A stretch of 64,000 bases of DNA. Source: Takakia lepidozioides (Eukaryota; Plantae; Bryophyta). Location of the stretch: assembly GCA_030704615.1 (NCBI GenBank), contig CM060731.1:5208001-5272000 (forward strand). The letters run 5' to 3'. Each line of letters begins with the position of its first letter. Position 1 is the first letter of the stretch. The notes beneath the pieces were generated by a model, which was not told the origin of the DNA, did not search any database, and was given only the letters and a program-made list of their open reading frames with translations. Below, piece by piece: positions 41,811 through 53,887 of this stretch. The position numbers and the translations under genes are program-made.

Positions 41811-44739
41811 TCTTTGTTTCGCACAGCTGAGATGTAATGAGGTGTAATAACTATACATATGTTTGAATTAAAGCCACATCTGTGCATAGTCTTAAGCCAA
41901 GGACGGGATTGGTAAGCCTGAAGTATATATTTGTATTTCACCTCATGCACTTTTGCAGATCTTATTGCCTTTTTGGGGGAAATAAAATTTGTTTCGAACG
42001 GACTATTGGTTTGTGCATTACTCCTGTGGTATTCTATGCAATATGCAAGGCTTCTCTCTCTCTCTCTCCAAAACTCACATGGCTTCCTTTCTCTCAATGT
42101 TTCTTCTTTGCCCCTTATTTGTAGTTTTCGGTCCAACCCATGTCCATTGCAACATTTCCCTTGCACCGAGTGCCTGAAGTATATATTTGTATCTCACCTC
42201 ATGCATTTCAGATTGTGAGTCTGCATTATTCCTGCGGTGTTCTATTCAATATGTGTGGTTTTTTTCTCTCCCTCTCTCTCCCTCTCTCCGACTCTCAAAT
42301 CTGCATGGCTTCTTTCAATGTTTTTTCCTTGCCCCTTATTTGTGTTTTTGAGTGTAGGTTACGGCCATGTTAACTCTCTCCCTTGCCCTGAGTAACCTCA
42401 TGGGTATGTGTTGTCCCACTAGAGTTGTTTCAGGCTATCAGAGAAATCGGTGATCTTCTTGCCTTAGGGGCAATCAGGGACTAACAAAACTTGAATTTAC
42501 GAGGTTAAGAGTTCACAAGAGAAGGTTGCTAACTCTATATAGTGAGTGTTCCTGGTTGAGAGAAATGTGCAATCCAGGGACACGATGTGGAGGATAGTGA
42601 AGCATGTTCTGGCCATCTGCAATGGGTCCTCTTGCAATGATACCTCTGTATTGAAAGCATCAAAACAGACTGGCTGCACTTGCTTCTACTCACATCAAGA
42701 AGTGATTCATGTGTTGTGATGTCAATGTCTATCTTACAGGGAATCCCTTTCTTGTGTACCAATGTGTTTGGTTGACCCATAAAACTGCAAATGAAATGAA
42801 ATGGCTAGCTTCAGGATTATTGAAGTTGTCTGTAGGATGAGTTCTGCAATACAAGATCATTGCAATCAGACCCAGGTAGTACTTGTACCTATTTCAGAGC
42901 TAGTGCCAATTATCTTTTTGGCTCTGCCACTGGGCTTGTTCTTCTGTAGGACATTTTCTCATTTGAAGATACTGTCTCGAGACTGTTTGGAATAATTATT
43001 GATAGTTCCAAATCCAGTTATGTTCACGAGCTTATGTCTGGGTCACGTTATATATCCACCGCAGCTGAAGCTGCCTGCTTCTGAAGAGCAGGAGGTACGT
43101 GATTATCAATTGATGGTGATCATAACGGGGTAATCAGATGACTCAAATACATGCTTTTTGATTGCTTTTATTGAGTCCTTGAACCACGGCCTTCGTCAAT
43201 GTGCTGCCACCTTGCATTTAACAGCGACCATGAGTGGCAAACAAGGACAGCAGTAAAGCTTGAATGCTTGCCACTAGAGAGAAGGAAGGTACAAAAAACA
43301 CCACTGCTTGGAACAAAATCTAACTAACTATACTTATTACACATTCCTTGCTCATCCCCCAAGGGAAACAACCGAGGGGAAAAGGCTGTTTACACTGACT
43401 TTGGCTAACGTCGTCTCTCTACCTCTCTGAAACACTATGCAGTGCTCCCTACCTCTCCAATTTCAAGACTACGCATGCTTCACCAAAGCATTCTCAGCTG
43501 AAATGGATGGAGCTGCAGGAGCTCCACATGATCAACTGTCTCCAGGATCAGCAAGGACCATCAATACACAATAATCTAGACTGCATCTACTTTCAGTAAT
43601 AAATTTTGCGGTGAACAGCTGTAAACAGCACAAGAACTACTTCCAACTGTATACCTGTAGTTGTTTCCCATCTCCATGGGACTAAATGTATGGTAAACAT
43701 AAACAAGCCACAATGTGAGCTGGTTTCCAATGCATTTCAGCTTGATGTGAGGAGGTGTTCATAATTAGCCTCCGTACCATCTACTTTAATTGGACAAAAA
43801 ACGACACAACAACAAGAAACTAATACCTGCATCATGGGAGTGTGCCATATCCTCGAGTGACATTCGAACCTCATGAAATCCAAAAAACCCTAGGAGAGAA
43901 AGAAATAAATGGGCTTTAAGTATAGCCCTCGAGAAGCCCACTACAAACGCACTAAAACACAATCGTTGCAGAAGGACAACATGAGGGCCTCGCACTTCGA
44001 TAAAGGAGAGTAAATCAAAGAAAGTGAAGTAATTACTGATAATCTAAAAGTAAGTACTTTAATAATTAGTGCCAACTACACGGCGCTCCCCCAACATGGT
44101 GGAAAGATAGATATCATGTACTCCTGATTGTGGTGTGGATGTTGGAGCTCCTTGGAAGCTCGCAAGCCAACACAACGCTCCCCGAAACTACGGCGGCACA
44201 CTGTGGAAAGATATACAATGCACTCCTGATTGGCATTGGTGCGATTTTGTTGAGACTGCTGCAATTTGGGGGATTTGAGGTGTTCACACCTACTTCCCGT
44301 TACTTGATTGACTCCCTCTTGGGTCACAGTGAGCGAGCTTACCAAGGATACCTCGTTATCCTCCCCCACGAACCATGCACCGGGTTAACATAGAGGCACA
44401 ATCAACCCAATCACTATTGTTTCCCTGAGCGAAATCGGACCGTCTTTCTCGGTGACGTAACAAACTATAACAAGATGATGAGGGACCTCCCGTCGCCCTG
44501 CACGTACGTATCTTGCTTTGTTTGCCCTGCAAAGCATTTCAGACCGCAAACTCTGGTGCATTGGCAAAGTTAGCCAACACAAGTAAATCTGTCTTCGGAT
44601 AAATTTATTAAATATGTACCTAACACTAGATAGCATGTAGATTGAATTAGCACAGTGTAGATCAAACTGCTGAAATACATTCGAGTAACCTTGTAATGCA
44701 TGAAGTTGTGTGGACAACAATGACACTTGATTTACATAC

Positions 44740-45310
44740 CAACTAAGATTTCATGACATTATGACTTCCATTGGCACCCAAAACGAGTCACAAAGACGGA
44801 GAGCGATCGCATCAGCTCCCCACTTACTCGTCGGCGAAGTTCCAGTCCTTCACATTTGATTAGTTATTTAGACAATCCCCAACTGCGTTGCGTGCTTCGA
44901 GCTCGATGCAGATTGATCGAGCCAACACAATACAAGTGTCTCACCTGGTGCGGCCGCTTAGTGACCGACAAGCCAGCAGGAAGATCACGTGAAGATTTTC
45001 GTCAGGGGCCATTCCTGGTTTCCAACGTGTCTATCAATGCTCTCTATAGACACTTGGCTGTCTCTATCTCTCGTCGAGTTTCCCCTTTTTCTAAAGCCCT
45101 CCCAACTACAGCATTGGGGCAAGATAACCGACTCTCTGCACTCATGGTCGCTGTTTGAATCCTGGGTTGGCAGCACATTGACGAAGGCCGTGGACTTAAG
45201 GACTGTATAAAAGCAATAAAAAGGCATGCATTTGAGCCATCTGATTACCCTGTGATGGTCACCGTTGAAATTCACTTGCCTCCTGCTCTTCAAAAGCAGA
45301 CAGCCACAGT
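44740..45310 (+). pseudogene. Phosphoinositide phospholipase C X-domain remnant (may extend about 44100-46460)
   Basis: GSTLTKAVDL, CIKAIK, HAFEPSDYPVMVTVEIHLPPALQK followed by a GTGAGT donor; upstream LRARCRLIE-like remnant; frameshifted. Confidence 0.65.
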
Positions 45311-46499
45311 GAGTTTGTGTTCACACTTCATCGTGTTTCTCATGAAGAGCGTTTTGATAGCTATGCTTGAGTATGAGAATGGCACCAGCGGGTAGTAGCT
45401 TTGCAGGCCTATCCAGAGGCTACATCAAGTGCAGTCTAAAGGTTATTACTATGTTGGTGTCACTTGCATTTCTAGTGTCTGTTTGACTGTTAATGTCCTT
45501 TAAGAAAGAATATTGAAGTGTGGATTTGTGTGCTTGTGCATGTGCATGTGTTCCAGTCACGACAAGGCAAGATAATCCTATTGATAATATAATGCAGATG
45601 TTGAAGGCTATCATAGGTGACCGTTTACGCCGGCCCCTGTTCTATTTGCATCACCAAAGGCGTTGAAGGGTTTCCTCAATTGTCTCTGATAAACCTCGGC
45701 CATGAGATTATGTTGAAGAGTAGGTACTTTTGTGCCCATACTTTCATCATACGAAACCCTTCGAAAATCCTCATACTTAGTGGCTTCGTGTACAACTACG
45801 TCAACTTACCATCAACTTGGGTTGAACTAGAGGGTCTAACGGCCTCAAAATCAGAAGCGCCGCCAAGACAGTAAATTTGTTACCCATCGCAGACAAAAAC
45901 AATTGTAGTTCAACTTCTGTTGATAAATTCTATTCTGGGGGTATGCTGAAGGGCCATTTTTGGGCCCTTACCCTGAAAAGGTTGTGTTACCAGAAGTTCA
46001 ATTTCTTAAGACTGCCCAGCTCTGATAGGAAATATATGGTAGTGGCACAGTTCTGAGTGTGTTATGTACAACTGTTGAGATGGTGGTTTTAGTGTATATT
46101 CTTTGTATACAATTCATGGTTGGCTTTCTCTAAGATGTTCTTCACTCTATTAGCTTCCCCCCATATACAACCCCCCCCCCCCCCCCCCCCCCTTGACCAA
46201 ATCAGCTTCCATGTTTCCATCCACTTAATGGACTTACGGTTAGACCGCCAAATGTGTGGCACAAGCTCCCGAGGTAACTACTCGACATCTCATTGCAGAT
46301 AATGTTATTGATGGGAGCAACTCACCTGATCTAGATTCCTCAAAAATTGCAGAAGCCAAGGTTCATGCAAAAAAAGCTGAGAGAAAGACCGTGCAAAAAG
46401 TGACCACCACTGTTGCCAGAGCTGGACCTCATTCAGATTCCAATGTTCAAAGTCATACCTAAGACTTTTGAGTTTGAGGAGTTTGAGGCAATATACGAC

Positions 46500-46728
46500 A
46501 ACTATCATAATCGGCACCCAAATCCACCAATGATATCCATCACATGGATCCTCCTGGAAGAGCTCACCTAGTAGCGTACTTGTTTTGAACATTTGGAGTC
46601 CACACCCCCAGGTCGAAAGATAGTCTCCCTACTCCCCAACATTTCTGCTTGAGGACCTAAAGTTGCTTGGTCAACCATAGTATCTGACATGACTTTCACA
46701 AGACAGTGGTCAGATTAAGAGCAAATTC
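46500..46728 (-). ncRNA. Candidate Fanzor omegaRNA scaffold region (hypothetical)
   Basis: Immediately 3' of the Fanzor stop; imperfect hairpin ATCTGAC...GTCAGAT at 46682-46715. The assignment rests only on position, by analogy with TnpB/Fanzor loci. Confidence 0.25.
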
Positions 46729-49458
46729 TCATAGGGTACTGTGGGAAGTTTGTCCTCCCCTGCAGAAGGCTGGATGGCGAGGGAGAGAGTCGTGCATCTC
46801 CAGGAACCTATGCATGATGTTGATCGCGCCATTCACGTCCCGGTTCCAAACTGTCCAAGAACACGTTATGTTGGGACAAAGTCGGACCGAGTAGGAACCG
46901 CGACGCCCCGTGTTCCCTGGAAATTGACACATAGGCATGCCCTCCATCCTTTCCTCGCAAGCACAACACAATTGGTTCGTCCTAAACTCGTCCACCATCA
47001 CAAACTGCCCAGCTTTATCTCGGATCTTAGAAGTTGGGGTTAACTCCATCCCTGGGCTGTTGTGCACAAAAGAGGCATCCTTGACTATTGTGGCATAGGC
47101 ACGCTCTATCTTTATGCATGTCGCCCACCAAAGCTTCCTCATCCTCTTACTCACCACATAAAAGTTGTTCAATACACGAAGGTATTTCAACACTGTCCTA
47201 GCGTAGAGTATATAATCCTACAAAGTTGTCACCTTGGGAGAAATGGTGTTGTCCCGTGAATTAAACTCCATCACCCCTTGGTTTTTGGCCATCCACTACT
47301 TCGTCAACTTGGTCCGTCGTCTGTACCCACAGAGTGTGTAAAATCGGGAACTGCTGCATCTAATCAGGTGGAACCTGACCACCTTGTCCACCCAAGGATC
47401 CTGAAGTGCGGCCTCCCCTTTGGCCAAATGCACCACTCCGGTGTACAGTTGTTTTCGTCCTGGATCAATGGCCACGAGGCGTTGAGGAAGCATTGCCACC
47501 AGTTTGGGTGCCTCCATTTTTTGGCGTCCCTTAATCTGCAAAAGACGAGTACTATAATTAGTAGCCAAACACCGTAACACCGTACGCGCGCACGTATATA
47601 TCTTAGGTCATGTCATGAGGGACTCAAGGACTAACCATGCGTACATTGGTGGTGGAGGGTTTGTGACAGGTTGAGCCTGTCAGAATGCTGACTGAAACCC
47701 CGTCCGTAACGATGAAGTTTTGGAATGTGCGACCGCATATTTTGAATCTTCGATCAATCTTGAAAAAACTGTTGCAATATGATAAGAAACATATTATCCA
47801 CAATTAGTAAACGGAACCTGCATCAAGAGTTGAAGAATACCGTAATTGCAGTATGCATATAATAACCAAGGCCTTCACGTTGGATAGATCTATGTCTGTA
47901 AGAGACCCCTTGGCGAACCAAGCAACAAGGTTGAGCCTCCTTGTGTTGGAATAACCAAGAGAGAGAGTAGCAACATGAGGAAGAACATGGAGAAGGAGAA
48001 GCAAAGTAGGATCAGGCTAGAAAGGGCCAAAGCCATAGCCACCATTGAAAAAAATCTCAGCGGTATGTGGGGCACTTGGGCTTGACAAGCAGCAGAAGGG
48101 AACATAAGAAAGCATGTCTACGTTTGTATTTTATCCAGCCGTAATACCCATCAGCAGTTGAGGTAATTCTACCCCTATACGTGGTATCTATTTAGGTACT
48201 AGTTTATCAGTGTGGCTTATTCAGACACTAGTTGGTAGTAATTAGATCAGTCGAACATAAATGCATTCATGAGGCTAGTTTTCGTAGGGGCTGTGTACCC
48301 GAGGACTTCTTTCGAGGCCAAAAATGAGGTGGACCTCCTTCTTATCATTAAAACGGTCATTCAAATGCAGCATATGAAGTATAGCAAACAGTATGAAAGC
48401 AATTCTCGAGTCATATATGCGGGCAATCAATTCACTGGGAGAAATTAAAGACTCACAATCTCCATAGTTCCTCGTTGCTCAGGCTCTCTAGACCAGGGTG
48501 CCTCTCCACGATATTTGTTGCCTTCGTCGCTAACGACCGCAAGATGGAGTTGCTCATGGCCAATTGGATTGGTCTGATGTTTTTTTGTGGTAGGAGGGAG
48601 AACAGACCAAGACCCTTGAGCTTTTTTGAAACTATGGGGCGTCGTCCTTGATGTGGCGTCATGTAGCTAGGCATTGGAAACCTCTATGTGGTACATCTGT
48701 ACTTCGCGCAAGATTTTCCAAGTGGCCGTCGTGTAATCCAGTCTCCTCAAGTCTAGAGGTAGCAGCCCTGCTAGTAGATCGGTTTTGATAAGGTGACAAA
48801 TGTGAATGAGTTGTCCGACCTTATCGACCCCTATATCTCGAAGAGTGGTGTAGTTTACCATACGCACCCGAATGGCCGTCTCTGCAGACCCATGTTCTTT
48901 GGCCAGTGCGGCGTTCACGACCAAGTTGATGGCAAAGCGAGCCTCCTTAGTCTGAAATGAGCCAGATTTAGATAGCATCATCCTAATCCACTTTTTCAAC
49001 CGAAGGACAAAGTTGGACGAGATGGAAGTTTTGAAATTGTTGTGCATATGGTCGGCCAACATTCCTATGAGTTGAACCCAATGCGGTTTCCGGATGGGAG
49101 CACTGTATCATGTAGGCCGAAGAAGCTTGAACTCTTGGAATGAGGTCAAGAACTCGAATTTGAATCAGGGATCCTTGTTGATTTGTCAGAGTTTCCCATC
49201 GTTCAACACCATGCAAACAGCTCGGTTGAAGAACGTGGAGTTGCAATGCCATTTCTCAGGCAAGGATACCCCTTCAGCCAAACACCTCAGAATGTGATAA
49301 GAAACAAACAAGGAGGCTTCTACAGCTAAAGGGGTAAGCTCCCTAATAGTCTCTTCAATGACCCTTTTCATGGCCTCCCTCAAGCAAAATTTGGAGTCAA
49401 ATCCAACCTTTGTGGAGCTATACTTGATGACCTCTCGTTTAGCTATCCATTGCTTCAA
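46729..49458 (-). pseudogene. Fanzor1 (eukaryotic TnpB-like RNA-guided RuvC endonuclease), intron-containing, inactivated
   Basis: RuvC-I LVAIDPGRKQL; RuvC-II VMVDEFRTNQLCCAC; Zn finger ...LCPNITC; RuvC-III WNRDVNGAINI. Also FQNFIVTDGVSVSI, NNFKTSISSNFVLRLKKWI, LFSLLPQ and KRMRKLWW. GT-AG introns at 47769-48456 and 47536-47644 restore the frame. In-frame TAG stops at 47296 and 47218, plus frameshifts in the 5' part. Confidence 0.88.
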
Positions 49459-49714
49459 CCTCTTACCGGAAGCACCTTTTGATCAAGCCGACAATAAATT
49501 TGATGTGCCATAGTTAGTTCGTTGGGAGACCTATTTCTTGAGTAAATTCGCAGGGCCCCACATAAAGCACATAGCAACACATCTATGAAATTTTCTCTGA
49601 AATGTTGTAGCAAGTCTAATAGCTCTAGTACCTTCCACATTAATGGCCCTGACAGGTTATAAAGTGAAAATGAGCTCTCTTCTTTACAAGCATACACACC
49701 TTTCTGAGAGCTTG

Positions 49715-50820
49715 CCATCCTTGGACAGATCTTCAGAGACAGGAAAACAACATAGAAAACAACGTCAAAATATTTCATGATCATATGCATGTCTTATATA
49801 GGGAGAACAAGCTTGGGTCCAAGGCAGCCTCAAGTAGCTAATGGTGGATCTGTAACTGATAAAGATCAATATCCCCCTGGAGTAATGATATGATTGTTTT
49901 ACATCAGTACGCACATCAGATGATGAGGACGAGATAGGTGCAGCCAACTCACTAATATTATTTTCTCTATCTACAGATCGGGTATTAATTTCATAATTTC
50001 TACTCCAGACTCTCCAGATGATTTAGTTTCTCTACAGCTTAATTTCAAGCCTAATATTTGCTCAACACTGACGCCATACTGAAATCTCTTTTCATACCTT
50101 CATTCCATACTGTCTCACATATAAGAACTATTAATGCTAATCGCTAAAGGAAGAAAAAGATCGATCTTCGAGTTAGGGACTATGCACATCACTCTGCTGA
50201 CTGCTCACATCTGACTCCGTGGTCCAAAATAGGTTGGTTCTCCAAAATCACCCATAGGCTCCACTGACCATCCTTGGACAGATCTTCAGAGACAGACAAA
50301 CAAATTATATGATCATATGCATGTCTTAGAAAAGGAGAGCGTGCTTGCGTCCCGAGCAGCCTCAAGCAGATAATGGTGGATCTGTAACTGATAAAGATCA
50401 ATATCGCCCTGGAATGATGTTTGTTCTACATCATATGCACATCAGATGATATGGACGAGACATGTGTAACCAACTCTAATAAAATTACTTTCTCTATAGA
50501 TCACATATCAGGTATTAACTTCATAAACTGAAATTCCTAATCCAGACTGCCTAGTCCAAACTCTCCAGATCATTTGTTTCTCTACTTCATTTCTACAAGC
50601 CTAATATTTGCTCAATATTGACGCTATACTAAAATCTCTTTTCATACCTTCAGTCCACACTCACTCACTTAGAACTGTTAATGCTCAGTATAATCGCTAA
50701 AGGAAGAAAAAAAAATCAATCTTCGAATTAGAGCCTATGCACATCACTATGCTGACTGCTCACATTTGAGATCTGACTTCGCGGTCCGAAATAGGTTGGT
50801 TCTCCAAAATCACCCACAGG
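49715..50820. repeat. About 555-bp tandem duplication upstream of the Fanzor
   Basis: CCATCCTTGGACAGATCTTCAGAGACAG at about 49715 and 50268; AAATAGGTTGGTTCTCCAAAATCACCCA at about 50227 and 50790. Confidence 0.85.
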
Positions 50821-50849
50821 CGTGTTGGACCTCCACCAAAGGTCGATTC

Positions 50850-51465
50850 TGCAGTGCTCGTGTTTACACTATGTGCTCATTTCGCTACGGTGCTCGTTTT
50901 TTTACTCCGCTCATTTCTACACGGTGCTCTCTTTTCTCTACGGTGCTGGTTGCTACACCGCTATGGCACTCTCGCCTCAACACGGTGCTCATTTTTTTAT
51001 TCTGCTCGTTTCTACTGTGTTGAGCAGTAGGCTCTGTAAATTCACTGGACGTTAAAGAAACTTTATCTTTATCTCTTTTATCTACGGTGCTGGTTGCTAC
51101 ACGCGGGTGCTCGTGTTTCTACTGTGGTTGTTTCTCTACGTGTGTTGAGCAGTAGGCTCTGTAAATTCACTGGATGTTAAAAAAACTTTATCTTATCTTA
51201 TCTATGGTGTTGGTTTCTACGTTTCTACGGTACTCTCGTCTGAATACGGTGCTCGTTTTTCTACTATGCTTGTTTATCTACGGTGCTAGTTTCAACACAG
51301 TGCTTGTTTTTCTATACGGTGCTCGTTTCCACAATGCTTAATACTAGTACACAGTGCTCGTTTTTTTATACGGTGTCGATTCTCGTTTCCACACGGTGCT
51401 GGTTTCTACAGTACTCTAGTTTCAACACAGTGCTTGTTTCTACGGTGTCAACACGGTGCTCGTAA
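50850..51465 (-). repeat. Array C of the 17-bp repeat, inverted relative to A/B
   Basis: ACGGTGCTCGTTTCTAC units; internal duplication of about 55 bp at 51017 and 51142. Confidence 0.88.
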
Positions 51466-52254
51466 CGTGTGCATTTGTCCAGCCGTCCATCTTAGCATCC
51501 TTTATCCTACGAATTTCACCATTATGTTACCCACTCGCAGATTTTGTGTTCAGATGAAATAACACTCGGAAGAGCAATGAGCTGCAGACTAGCAAGTAGC
51601 CTCTAGAATATGCTTATCCCTAACAAGAATGCACGGAAGAAAAATTGGATAAACAGGAAGCATGATTTCTTTCTACATGACTTTGCGAAGTTCAAATAGA
51701 AACAGAATGGAGAGTCATTAGAGAGATAGATTACAAAATTTCACTGGACTTTCAATAAAATCCTCCAAGATCACTGATAAAGCAACTAGGTCCTTGAGAT
51801 AATCAAATTACCACGCAACATGGTCTCATACTGCCGCCACCGCTACAAAGGATAACACTTCTACTGCTCTCTAACATAACGCTCAAACAAACAAGGCTGA
51901 ACAGCCCAAACGGTTCGATAGTGTCCACTGGATCCAGTCCCAAGACCGTAGGTAGAAGGGTGCCCTCCACTGGTGCCTATACCCATGTTCCGTAAGCCTA
52001 CACCAAACAGTCAACGTATTGATAATGGGATGAACGCCCGCAGAATATAGAGAGGGGTCTACGGAAAAATCCCCACACACCTGGATCATCCATGGCCGCC
52101 CTAACCAAACAAATCCAAACCACTAGATGATCGAGATTCTCCGCATTCATGAAATCGACATTCATGAAATTTCGCAATATTGAAGATATAGATCCCCATT
52201 GAAAACTTTTCTAATCTTATCAGGGGTGTACATTTCGTGGTTCACGATAGAGAG

Positions 52255-52713
52255 CGTTTCTCCACTGTGCTCGTTTCTACACGGTGCTCGTTTTTCTACT
52301 CCGGTCGTTTTTACAATGTGCTCGTTCTCTACGGTGTTCGTTCCACGCGGTGCTCGTTTCTAAGGTGCGCTCATTTCTACACGGCGCTCGTTTCCACACG
52401 GTGCTCGTATCTAAGCTGGTGCGCTTGTTTCTACCGGTGGTCGTTTCTAAGGTGCGCTCGTTTCTACCGGTGCTCGTTTCTAAGCTTGTGCGCTCATTTC
52501 TACCGTCGCTCATTTCTAAGGTGTGCTCGTTTCTGCCGTTGCTCATTTCTAAGGTGCGCTCGTGCCCACACAATGTTTGTTTCTAAGCTGGTGCGCTCAT
52601 TCTTTACGGTGCTTGTTTCTACCGATGCTCGTTTCTAAGCTAGTGCGCTCGTTTCCACACGGTGCTAGTTTCTACACGATGTTCCTGTCTAGGGTGCTTG
52701 TGTCTACACGGTG
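52255..52713 (-). repeat. Array D of the 17-bp repeat, inverted relative to A/B
   Basis: ACGGTGCTCGTTTCTAC and TAAGGTGCGCTCGTTTC variants; ends ...CTACACGGTG. Confidence 0.9.
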
Positions 52714-53079
52714 TATGTCCATATATACATTATATACAGAAATAAGTTAAAAATTATAGATTACAATTCAATTGAATTACAAATTTACAATTCAATTGAA
52801 TAGGTTGCAAATTAAGGTTGTTTTCAAGCTAGTTTTAGCAGTTCAATCGAATTGCGTACTTTTAGGAGCAGGGATGCCTCGGCGTGAGCCTGGTCACGTG
52901 AGCGCGACTGCGCTCACGCCACGTCACCTTGCGCAAATGCCACGTCACGGGGCTCAGTCCACGTCATCACACGTGGAGGCCGAGTCACCACGCACCCAGA
53001 AAGAAGTGGAGTGTATTCCCGCGGATTGGCACCCTTTACCGCGGAAACAAGCTGGACGACATAATAAAAGGCATTGAAT

Positions 53080-53430
53080 AAATGATGGATGAATGTACAG
53101 TTGGATGATAAACAGATGGATGAGTTTGAAAAATCTATGTAGATGGATGAATGACGGATGGATAAGAGTAAAATGGATGAATGTATAATGGATGTTGAGC
53201 AATGACAAAAATTCATGACAGGAAGATGCATGACCAAATCTTTTGACGAATGCACAAAGTATATGAAATGAGTGTGGAAGGTTTGTGGGGTGGATTAAAG
53301 AGTACAGAGGATGAATGTACAATGGATGTTGTACAAAGGAAGCTTTCATGAATGGAGCACGCATGAATACAGTGTAGATGAATGCACAATGGATATGAGA
53401 AGAGTCAGGAAGGTTTGTGAGATGGATTCA
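53080..53430. repeat. ATGGATGA-rich low-complexity repeat downstream of the methyltransferase gene
   Basis: Recurrent ATGGATGAATG(T/C)AC motifs. Confidence 0.6.
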
Positions 53431-53887
53431 TACATATAGCAATTTAAACGAAAGTTGATTCTGTGATTATTATTTGTTCTAAAGGAACAACTACGGTAGA
53501 GTAAGGGGATTCAACGTTTTCCAGATAATATGAAAATGAATATTAAAAGAATACAGTTCAGTCTGACTCAGAGTCAGTACAATGTATCCCCTCTTCCTCT
53601 GCATCTAAGTCTAAGTATTTTAGAACACCGGATCCACGCTGGATACACCTACGGCTGGCCACTAAAAAGTCAGGGGATAGGGACTCGGACGCGTGAAGTG
53701 CCATTGCTTCGGCATAAACAGGGAGCAGAAAATTGGAAAGGGGGCTGTCGAAAACAGACTCGCCAGAAATGACTGTATTTCCTGAAGATCCACTGCTGGC
53801 TTTCCTGAAAGACAGCCTGAAAAAGTTATTACTGTAACTTTGATGTTATCGAGAAATTGAGTATGACTCCCAAAGAGGGTTTAGCAC

